From Guillardia theta CCMP2712 (Eukaryota > Protista > Cryptophyta): a stretch of 64,000 nucleotides of DNA. How positions within the stretch are numbered: position 1 is the stretch's first letter; each line of letters begins with the position of its first letter. Of this stretch, positions 36,101 to 47,400 are shown piece by piece. The stretch lies in contig NW_005434653.1 in NCBI RefSeq assembly GCF_000315625.1, forward strand, positions 353,745 to 417,744, in the 5' to 3' direction. The position numbers were made by a program, and so were the translations under genes. A model generated the notes under the pieces. That model made no database searches. It saw only the letters and a list, made by a program, of their open reading frames with translations, and was not told the origin of the DNA.

Positions 36101-38766
36101 CACAGGTCACCTGCTTCCCGAAGGGATGGGAGCTGCCCTGTAGCCTGATTTACAGGAGACAGTAGCGACGGCTCCGTAGAGCAACGGTGAGGCTCCCGCC
36201 ACGTACTCAGTCGAAGCCGGCACGAAGTTACAAGCTATCTTCTTGCAGGTCTTGGTGGAGTACCAACGGCAACCGGAGCAAGTCCGGGTGTACTGCTTTG
36301 AGGAGGCATTGCAAGGGATCGACGGATTTTGACAACCATAAGCGTCTCCAACATCAGCAGCGATGTATCCGGTGTTGCATGCGAGAGTGATCTGACTGCC
36401 TTGGTTCTTAGCAACATCTTGGCTCACTGGCTTTGCGTTGAGATCTTCCGGTACATACGTTCCATTTTGTACTGAGTATGGCCCGCACAGAAAGGAGACT
36501 TGTTGGCAAGCGTAGGAAGTCTGCGCTGGAATGTAATCCGAAGTAATAGTGAACATCAATCCACTTGACAAAGCCGTTGCGAAGGATCTTCTGACCATCA
36601 CATAATCTGCAAATAGTGTCATCCGAAAAAGTTGTCAATGTCAGGGTTGATACCACTACAGCTTGACTGGAGTGATACATTAGTGCAATATGCCCCTGTT
36701 GCAATGATCGTCTGGTTTTCACCATCTACCATGATATGCAAGCCAACGTATGCAGCAGGGTTGGGCAAATTTTCAAGGGTAAAGGCTGATTGATTAATGA
36801 CTTGTTTCAATTTCCCTTGTAGAACATTGAAGCGCTGGATTGGATTGCAATTCGACAAAAATGAACTCTGGCAAGAAGACCACGAAGTCGATTTGCCCTA
36901 ATTCAAAAGTCAAACAGGTAATCTACACTTTCGACAGCTGAACCTGGAGAGCGTAACCAACATCACAGCTCACTTGGATTGCCTTGTCAAAGTAGGTGAA
37001 AGAGACATTCACATTAGAATTCGGAGCTGGAGTAAAAGCACTGCATTGATTCGCTACAGCGCAAGTGTCAGCATTCAAATCTGTGCATCTTTCAAGCGCA
37101 ACTCACGAGAGCATTGTGCAACATTTTCTGTATATTGGCAAGTAGTGCTACATTTCATGGAGGCTGATACTGCACCATTCACCGAATAACCTGCAAGAAC
37201 GCGGTGAATTGTGAGATTACCAAAAAGCCGGACGTACCAGTGTTGCATGTCTTTTCAACGATTGCTCCATAGTTTACCGAAGAATTTGTAGAAACTTTTG
37301 CAACCACAGCACCTGATTGGAATCAATTCCCACTTCGCATACAATCACTCAGGGAGATTGACCTGGAACAGGGCAGATGGTCGCATTGGTACATTTCAAA
37401 GAGTTGGAGTTTAGATCATATGGCGGACACGTCACAGGCACACATTGATCCTTACAAAGCGCGTGAGAAGAAACTTGAGGCCTGCAGCGTCACCTGCAAC
37501 TGCCATGTGCCTGACTCAGAGCAGAAGGCCGAGATCGAGGTTGAGCAAGGAAGATTGAATGTGGGGCTAGAAGAAGCGGCTCGGAACCCCTCCAAACAAT
37601 TCACTTGTCTTGTGTCTCCATACTGTCCTTGAGAAATCCCTGCTGTATTTAGAGGAATGCTCATCGGACAAACCTTACCTGCAAAACCAAAAGCGTGAGG
37701 AGTATGGCATCGTTAGTTATGAAAGCTATCAGATAGAATTCTTACGATTGCATGTCAGCGAATGACTCCAAGAACAATTTTGTAGACAAGTTACAGTCTG
37801 TTCTCCACCGGACAATTGGTATCCAGGAAGACACTGTACTTGCAGAGTGTCTCCCGTTCTGGCTTGAGATATCTGGTTTGATCCAGTGCTTGTTGTGAGT
37901 GAGATCTTTGCATTCAGTACCGAATACGGTCCACAAGTTTGCGGAACACATCTTCTCCACTGCGTAGAACTGACACTGCTTGCGAACGTTCCAGCTGTTC
38001 CAGCAGGGTTCATCCAACAGGTGGCAGTAAAACTGTTTGCAGGACAAAAATGAGAGAAACTTGAGCTTGTTTCAACCGGTGTGAGAGCATTTTTGATATG
38101 TATTTCCCAATTCTGAGTTGTCTCATTGCAGACGCACAATAATTCTGAAGAAGGTATGTTGGTTGTACTATCCAAGTGTAGACGTCTTTGGAACACACCA
38201 TCTTGAAATAGGACGATTTCCGAATGCAAAATAGCCTCACGAATGTCTACATGATCATTTAGCAAAGCCATCTTGCTTCTAATTGCGTCAAAATTGTGAT
38301 GCACGAATTCCAGCAAAGAGTGCTTTGCGAAGTCCTGTACCGCATTTAAGCCCAAAAGTGTTCCGACGGGTTGGCAAGTGCAAATTTGTCCTGTTGCCAC
38401 AGGTTGAGAACTATTAGAGGAAGAAGAGTTTGAAAGCGACGAATTGTGGAAAGATGAGGTATTGGACGTTCCATTCTTCGAGCTATAGTTCATACCCATA
38501 TGAACTGTGAGAACGGATACAAGAGCAACGTAAGCAAACAGATATCATTAGTTCAATTTGTCACCTGTTTGCAGCAATCTTCTTCTTGGCTTGGAATTAT
38601 CTGAAAACGCAGGAGGAATTGAGAACGTCAATTTACTAGAGGACACATTTGTATCCGATCCTTGGGTACTCACGTAGACAGCTAAGGCCGCACATGAGAC
38701 AACAGCAGCTGCAACAATAAAAAATGATCTGGGATAGATCATTGGCGTTTGAGCCAAAGCAGGCAT
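30176..38766 (-). CDS. Giant single-pass cell-surface protein: N-terminal hydrophobic segment, many sushi/CCP-like repeats, ZU5-like domain, TM helix, charged tail, C-terminal Zn ribbon
   Basis: A 1876-aa ORF plus upstream exons carry repeated C-x-(P)GY...C...C-x-P-x-x-C units. Other segments: GIYLEPSGIIFSTPVSISIPF...TSSFSLYTVL; TM VTVVIVICVLVVVGMFGIYYY; spliced tail WLCCVGCKHPVNASWPKCPK/CGTPP...VYTI*. Confidence 0.88.
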
Positions 38767-39525
38767 CTCAGTTTAGTACTTCAAAGAAAGATCTGTTCTC
38801 AGCAACCCATCGCAAGACTGTCCCGTTCACTCCTCTGCATTCCTTCAGATCGACTCGACTACTGCAATGTGTCCCCTTCCAGGAATCACCACTGAACTAC
38901 CAACTACAACGTTGGGTAGATGATTCCTTAACGTTCAGAGAGGACCCAGTCCTAGGAGGAGCGGGAGGAGGAGCGTACTACAGCCCTAGCTCGCGGAAGC
39001 CTGGCAAGCTAGATCCTGGGGGAGGAGGACGGGTGTATTGACTATAGAACCAGGCCACCCTGGGGTCATACCATCAATGCAGCATCATAGTCAATATCAT
39101 TGAGAGCAGCTCAAAGAGAACTTGACTAAATCACTTATTAGGCACAGAGGATCATCCAAGGGAACATAATGAGACCCATGACGGTAGGGGTCCATTTACA
39201 ACGAGGGGTCCTATTGCCTTACATAAGGGGTGATAATATCATGAAATTTAACTTGCAAGGGTGGGTACTCGCTTCCATTTCTTTCGGGCCACCCACAAGT
39301 GAGGCTAATTTGGGTGGGCGACGTAGACCACCCCTGCTCCTGCCCTTTTCGCCACTACCGTAGTACCCTACTTATCACCCTCCATCAATGTGGGGTAGGT
39401 GGCCCGAGGACTCCGGGAAGGCCAGCTACCGGCGCTCAGTACTACCCGGTTATTAGCCGCCCCGCTTGCTGAATTGCAGGGGTGGGGGGTACGGTAAATT
39501 CATTTTACTACAGTTAAAGCTTGTT

Positions 39526-40701
39526 TGGGCATTCCAGTCTATTCTGAATATTGCAGGTCATTTTCGGGCTCTTTATCTGAAAAATTCAATCAATTGTTTG
39601 AGTAAAGCTCCGGTAGCAACCGTTCCCCACTGAACCCGGTGACCGTTTCACTGTTCACGACGGTTCAACTTCCGGCTCGGAGCGGGCCGGCTGGGCGCCC
39701 GGCGGCCCGCCGCCCCGCCGGGCCTAAGACCGCTAACTAAGTTCGAGTCCCCCAGAGCAAAATCCAATTTTCCTGGTACTAATTTTAGTCAACACATCTC
39801 GGGCGATTTGAAATCTTCCATGGATTTCTATTAAAAGTGAATTATAAACAAAATCTTTTCAGACGAAAAGCAATCTTCAGATTGCATTTCCCCTAGGCAC
39901 CGATGGACATGCAGCAAGCGACATGATGCGAGGATCATGATGAATGGGAGGAGGAATGATCTGAAGACGACTACGACGACGGATGGCAGTCTTCGTGCAT
40001 GTTAAAGCGTCTCAAAGGGCATGAACATTTATCAAAATGACCTATAGAATCGCCCATAATGCCACTGGAAGGCGAGCTCTCTCAACATGCAGAGGAAGAT
40101 TTGACAGGTATACATGGGTAAAACCTCTTTAAACTAATAAGAGGCTTTCGAATCTTTGAAACCAAACTCTTTACAATATGGATTCCTTCTCACCTTCCAC
40201 CCCAGGTCGCTAGTATCCGCCCTTTTTTCCAACGATGCCACCCCTCCTTCCTTCCTTGCCTCCATCTCCTTTGCCGCAGTTCGTTTCTTGCCAGCCTGAG
40301 CATTCTTTGGTACTTTCAATAGCAAGTTTCCTAAAGAACGGGTCCACTAGCCTCCATGACAGTAGAAAGCACTCTCAGCCAACACAAAGTTGTGTTCCAG
40401 AATCTCGTTTCCTTCAGCCCCCCCCGGCTCCCTCCCTGTGTCATCGGGAGACAACCAACATGTATAATAGAGGAAAAGTTTGCATATATGCGCTCGGAGC
40501 AAGAGGAACCAAACTATCAGCACACGCTGTGTCTCAACTTTCGTTCGCATCCGCCATGTGTGCGATGATGGAGATGGCTGGGAATTTGAACACAAACGAT
40601 GACAAAAATAGCAATTTACACTCTAAAAACGGATTCAAACTAAATTGTTGTATTTTTCAAATAAATTTCAGGGTCTGCAATATTCCAGGATTTTGTTGCC
40701 A
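39526..40701. mobile_element. Decayed inverted-repeat-bounded element (possible non-autonomous DNA transposon)
   Basis: 39541-39602 aligns, with gaps, to the reverse complement of 40634-40691 (shared GAATATTGCAG ... TTTATYTGAAAAATWCAA ... CAATT ... GTTTGA); the interior has only stop-interrupted frames. Confidence 0.5.
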
Positions 40702-41303
40702 ATCCGAGGCTCAGCGGCTGCTCTCGCGTTAGGCGAACCTTACCCCGGCGAGGGGGTCACCGATCGGACCTCCAGCCGATGCCAGTCACTGTCAGTGTAC
40801 TACGGAGTCACTAGTCCGATCACTGATCGGACTAGGCCCGGCGGGCCCGGACCCAGTGATCGGACCGTCGTACAGGGTCGCGCCTCCCGGCACACCCCGC
40901 CGGGGCTGGCCGGGGCGCGCCGTGGCCGCACTGTTGGATGAGGCCCGGGCCGGGCCGGGCCGGGCCGGGCCGGGCAGGCCCTCAGGGCCTGGTGGACTCA
41001 GGCTGTCCGCCCGGCCGGCCGCCGAGCACTGGCCTGCCGCAGTGCGGCCGGTCGGGGGTGCGCAGTGCGGCACCGTGACTGCAAGGTCGCATTCCGGAGA
41101 TGCGCATGCCATGCGTGCAGGCGCATGAAGATTGCTGCAGGAGAGAAGGAGACACGAACATAAGTCTAGCTCTGTCTCGATCTCCCTGGTAGAGTGACTT
41201 CATCCAACGGGAGCTGACGTAAGTTTCCGTTGTTCTCTCGTCGAGATATTCGGAGGTGAGGGGATTGAGCGTCCAAGGACAGCGTCCAAGGACCTCCGAC
41301 ACG

Positions 41304-42532
41304 ATGGTCGAGAAACCTCCTCATGTGCTGTCATTGCTTCTTGCGCTTGTTGTTGGGTGCTCGATGGAGACAAATAATGGAATGCAATCACAATGTGATC
41401 ATCGATATTGTGCAGGGTTCCACAAACCTATATATGGGACAAAGGAAACGAGGCATGCGAGTACAACTTCTATCCACTTGACCCTCATGCTTAAAGGATA
41501 TGGTCCAAAGGCATCAGCGAGTGGTGGAAAACAGAAAGCCATTAAAAAGATTGTGGAGGATAAGACGTTTGGGCTGAAAAACAAGAAGAAGAGTAAAACT
41601 GTTCAAAAATTCGTCAAGTCCGTCGAAATTCAGGCCAAGAACATGGTTATTGATGCGAAAAAAGCAGAAATGAAGCGGGCAAAGAAGGAGGAGGCGAAGA
41701 GGCAAGAGGCTGAGATGGCCATGTTGTTCAACACACGCACTGAGGGCTCCAAGGATACCACGAAAGAAAGTGATCAACAGATAGAGAACGGAATGACTGG
41801 GAAGGAACTTTTGGAAGACTATGAGTACCAAAGCTCAGTGCAGGTTATTTCTTCGCCACTTTTGATTTTCTGGCTGTGATATGATATTCCACAGGCATTG
41901 ACACGATCTGATATTGACAAACCCTTGGGAGAGATCACTGTAGACCAAGAAATTGAGGAGCTCCGAGCAAAAGTAAATGAGAGTGAAAAGATTCCGATTG
42001 ACAAGCAATGGTAATCATGCTTTGGATACGAATGTCAATTTTTCTTGTTTGTAAATCACTTACACCATGTATGTAATCGTAATTCGCAAGGTTCGACGAG
42101 TGGGTACAGAAGAACATCTTGAAGAACTACACAAAGGCCGAGAAGAAGGCAGCGAACAGAATCGCCAAAAAGACTGGGAAGCAGGTTGGAATCGGTACTC
42201 CTTCTGACACCGGGACTAAGTTCTGGTCTTGAAGATATTTATGGAGGCCAAGGATTCAAATCAATTCAAAGATGATGATGAAGTGGATGAAAACTGGTTT
42301 CAAAGGTCCACATATTTTCATTCGATGATTGATGTTTGATGCTACACCAATCCTCCAGACGGAGCACTGACTCTTGGGACTCTAATGAGGATGACTCCAC
42401 CGAAAAGCAGGTTGCTCATGACATGCTTGTTTTACACGTTTTCTTGAGTGACGTTGAGTCTTGTTCTTCGACCAGGATGACAACGAGGTTTCCGAACTGA
42501 TAGATGGAGTTTCGAAGTTATCTACTGGTTGA
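41304..42532 (+). CDS. DFRP1/Tma46/ZC3H15-like DRG-regulatory protein lacking CCCH fingers, with N-terminal signal/transit-like extension; 5 introns
   Basis: KKIVEDKTFGLKNKKKSKTVQKFVK is the Tma46/ZC3H15 N-terminal signature. Spliced EITVDQEIEELRAK...IPIDKQW/FDEWV...KTGKQ/IF...FKDDDE matches the DFRP C-terminal domain. Stop codon at 42530-42532. Confidence 0.85.
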
Positions 42533-44456
42533 CCGTGAGGTCCAGTGCTTCAAGCCTCAAGAAACAAGTGCTACCCCCATTCTATCAAAGATGTCAGACT
42601 CATGGGTGATACTGGAGTCCAGCATTGCAGCTCGCAAGTCTTCTATATCAGGTTGCTGACACAGATTTCGGATCCTCAAGGCCGGTCGGAAGGGCTTCAT
42701 ACGCTGCATGAGGCTGGGAGCTCACGAAATGGATACAGACTTCCGTTACCTATCGACGGAGGGCAGTTGCTCAGCAACCAAAATCCTTGACACTTCTGGA
42801 AGATTTACTGCAAAGCCTCCTACACCCGGCAATATCGCTTTGTGATGGCCATCAGCGGCCTCAAATCAGTCTAGTAGACCCCCAAACGAAAAGTTTGAAA
42901 TGGATGCCAGGGCGAGTTCTCCCAGGAATGACATGACTCAGTGATGTGGCCTCACTGGGCCGGGCCGGGGCCGGGGCCCGAGGCTCGGACTCGGTGAGCC
43001 GGTACGGTAGCCTTCAAGCGGCGGGCCGCCGAAGTTGCGCTGCGGGACTCGACTCAGTCGACCAGGATCAAGGCGGCTAATAGTGCCACGATGCCACCGT
43101 CACTACTTTGAGAGCCAGTGGGATACGGTCGGAGGTCAGCTGATGCGGCAGGCCCTGAGCCTCTGGCGGCATGATGCGCGAGCCTCTCTGCTTCAATAAA
43201 CCGAACTCCCCCGCCCTGCTACCGTACGGTACGTCCGAAGTTGTGCTCAGATCTGCTACGTCTTTGGCTCGGAGGCTCGGAGGCTCCTCAGTCAGGTTGC
43301 CGCACGGGCCGCCGCCCGGCCGAACCGTTGACTCGGTCCTGCGCGGCCCGGGCCCGGCCGGGCGCCCCCGGGCCCGGCCCGGCGGGCCCGGCGGCGGCGG
43401 GCCCGGCCGGCCATTGTAAGTTAAGATAAAAATCATTACGACGGCAAGAAGAGAAAAGAACGTACAGCGAGCCACCAAACCTAATCCTCAGTGCCAACTG
43501 CTGTCCCCCAAACTTAACTGATACCTTCCGGCACTCAACAGCGCGGCGCGCAGGACCATCCCCCCCGCGCCATGGCGGGCCAGCCGCGGATCGGATGTCG
43601 TGACACGCATCATGGCATATTGTTACGCGATGATGGCAGCCGCGGAAGGACAGGGAGGCCTGAACTAGTAAGCTGTGTTAAGCTGACGAACAGGCTTCCG
43701 ATTTCGGAAAGATCCTGGACCGGATGCGTTTGCAAGTCGGATCGATACCTGAGATGTCTTGCGAGGCCGAGAGACCTCCAGCGCTGCCGTTTCCTTGTCG
43801 GTAGTTACTAGACGTGATGACTGCCGCGGCTGCGGTGCTACCAGGGGTGAAAGGAAGGTGAGTCTAAGGGTGGGTGGGCCATCGGGAGCAATATAGTAGG
43901 GAGGGGTGGTATTCTACGGTAAGATCGTAGGGTAGGCGTGTCCACTTATCATAAGTTATCCCCCAGCAACCATTGGATCGGATGGGAAATGAGTACCCCC
44001 AGGGTCTCTTACACCCCCCTTTGATCTTGTCTTATTGGGGGTACACTTGATTTTTTCTTCAACATTCTACGAGAACAAGATTTGACTAAAGTTGTGTCAT
44101 GAGGCAGTTGATGGGGTTGATCGAGTATAGGATCGCAAGATGGCGATGAGCGTTGGCATTGCAAACAGACATTGAGGTGCTTGTATGTTCGCATGCATGC
44201 TGACAGCCTTGCTCTCCTCTTCCTTCCAGCACCTCACTGCCTGCTTGATTGCTCTCACTTTGTTTCTTCCATCTTGTGCTCGCACTTAGAGATGTTGTGC
44301 TCTGTACCTGTTGAACCTGGGGAGTCTGTGTAGTCGTACTGGATTTTGATTTGACGTTTGCTATGGCTTTGACGCAATGACGATGCATATAGCTAGACAA
44401 GATCCTCCATGCCATGACATAACTCAACAGGTCACTGCTTGTCAGGTTAAACTCGA

Positions 44457-47400
44457 ATGTGGCACAGATCGTGCGTCCCATGCGTGGGACTCTGGCTCTT
44501 GCAGCTGGGGTCCATTCTAGCTTGTCCTACACAGGATTCGGTATGACTTGAACACAAAACTTAAATGCTCGTGAACCTGAGATTCTGATAGATGAATGGA
44601 CTGATTGCGGGGAACTATCAAATCACTTCATCTGATGGCGATGGTGTGATTGGAAATGGAAGCATTGTTCTGGGAACTTTCAGCTTTCTTTCTCACGAGG
44701 TTTGTCGTATCCACATGCAAATATGCCTGTATGGTATGCTTGACAGACCCTCAGTTGGCAGGTGACGCGTTGGCATCTGGGCAAGTAGCTGTACAGGTGT
44801 ATTGTGCCAAAGTAACCAACGCTGGTTGCGATGGAAACCTGGGAAGTTCTGTTGGCACCGCGGGAACGACATCGAAGTGCGTGGGTTGCTATGGGACTGT
44901 CTCGGCTCAGATCACTGGATTGGGAGCTTATAACTCGACATACTTCTCAACATGTACGGGCTGCTCTTGTAACACCTCAGGGACCCCCTTCTTGGATGGA
45001 TCCCCAGCCCAAGGTCTGTGGAATTCCACAGGTAATTGCAGTCTGGACAACAGCACGGGCTCCGGACAATGTCAGTGCGATCCTTACGACGGCCATGTCA
45101 TTACCCCTCTTGGTCCTTGGCAGCCTTCAGGAAATTGTTCAGCTTGTCAGTGTGATGGGCTGGGGAATACCATAGTTCCCCCAACAACCTACAACACTAC
45201 CTTTGAAAATCTCTCCTATGTCACTGACTGGGAAATTGGTTTCGAGCCTTACAATTATACAATAACTTACATCTCCTCTTTTGATGCCAACCTGACATAC
45301 ATCGATTATTATCGAGCAGTATACGTGCCTCCTGTTGATAACTCTTCGACAACTTTTAATGTCTCAAATTCTTCTTTGGTGGAGAACTCTGCACCATTCA
45401 ACTCTTCAACAAATGCTACGAATGCCTCTAGTGCTACCCCTGCTGACTGCACCTGTGACACCTACGGCAATGCTTCCAATGTATCCGGTTGCTCCTGCAC
45501 ACCTGTGCAAGCACAATGCAGCGCAAAGAATTGTAAATGCGGCGCCAACGGAGAAGTGATCACCAACACATCTGACGGATCTCCTTGCGGTTGCTCTTGC
45601 ACCCCTGTCACAGCATCATGCTCCAAGTCGAATTGCTCGTGAGATGACTTTGATTGAGAGTCCTCGAACCTCCAACGTTGCGTTGACTCTGTTTGTTTGC
45701 AGGTGTGATTCCAACTACTATGGCGCCACTCCTGTAACCTATTCGCCCTACAACCTTTCTTGCGGCTGTACTTGCACTCCCAAGACAACTTTAACGTGCT
45801 CCATCAACAACTGCTCATGTGACAGCTCTGGTGTATCCTCGACCTCCTCCCCTATCAATCAGTCCTGTGGATGTGGCTGCAAGCCCAACGTCTGCAGTTG
45901 CTCATGCGCAAGAGCCTCATGCGCTTGCTCATGTACCAAAGTCTGTGGGTGCGACTGCACGAGGAATCCTTGTGGCAAGTACAGCTCTTCAGATGGGAAG
46001 ACATTCTACGCTACAGGGGGTGGAACATGCTCAGTCACGGCGTCTTGCTCTGGAGGGCTGTATGATGGAGGGGTTTACACTGCATTCTCAGCGACAGGAA
46101 ACGTTCTGGCGTATCTTTTGAAGGGCGGTGTTGATTACGGTACAAGCTACTTGAACAACTACAAGGGAGTTTACTCTGGTGGTCAATTCACATTCAGCTC
46201 TCTGTATGTGAAAGCAGCTGCGTCTTATTACAACAGGTTCCAGCTGTACTTCCAAGACGTGTATGGCCTCCTGAAGAGCAGTCTCACCGCTAGTTTCAGT
46301 TGTGTCCCTTGGAGTATTTACACCAACGGAAATGCTGCAACAACCCTTTCACAGAATTCTTATGTCGTTGGAGATCAGGATTTTGTGCTAGGGAATTACG
46401 TTATCAATATGTACGATCATCAGAGCAATCAAATCCAGCTTGTGGACTCTACAGACGGGTTTTATCTTCATTTGAGCTTGTTGACTGGAGCGAATTCAGA
46501 CTCATCAGCATATCCCTCTTACACCTCGAGTTACACGACCGTCAGTGCATCAGACCTACGTGTTTATGACATCTCCCTGCAAGCCGAATCCGACTCTGAT
46601 CAAGTCAACATTCAAAATTCCACCCACAACTTTCAGTTTTCGCTCAATATTACTAATCAGACTGGGCTCTACTTCCAAATCTTAGCGAATGTGCCTCAAA
46701 TATCGTCTCGTCCAACCTCTCTGTTGCAAGGGCCTTCTGGACAAGCTTTTCGGCTTGATCCAGCAGTCATGGCGTTGGGCTACGGGGCCGGCGTCTACTT
46801 CGATGCCCACACATTCCCCACAGTCGTCAAGCTGGACGGATCGTCGGGAAACAACACGATGAACGTGGACGGGTTGCCCTCTCCCATGTGGGTTGACTTC
46901 ACTGATGCTGCAGGGCAGACCCTGGCACACGCCAACTGCTTGAACTGTGTGCAAGTTCGACTCGTGCAGTGCACTGACAGTCAGTCCACTGCGGCTCTAT
47001 ACCCGACATGCACATCAGTCGCTCAAGCATATTGCGCAACGCTCGCTGGAAGCTGCTCTCAGAACGCTTACCTGCCGACTCTGTCAGGGACAACAGTCGT
47101 GAACTTAGTCAACGGCAAAGCAACTTTCACTGATGTCCAGGTGCAGTATGTGGTGGGGAGTGGATACAAACTTCAATTCACCTTCAATGGCGCTAGCGGG
47201 GGAGGATCAACTACTGCGCTCACCGTGACGTCGAGCAACACAAATGGTCAGGTCTACCTGCCTGACAAGTATGCCGTGGCTGGAGTCAACAACAGCTTCT
47301 TCATCCGACCGTACAGCCTGAGCATCTTACAGAATCCAGGCGGAGACGGGGTAGATATCAACGGGGATGGATTTCCTGATGGCGTGGGCCTCGGTGTTCC

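Noticed and set aside
43077-43497. Pro/Gly/Arg-rich, collagen-like ORFs in GC islands (also 3443-4019 and 40645-41128)
   Set aside because: Stop-poor GC-rich non-coding DNA that is open in several frames with no domain signal.
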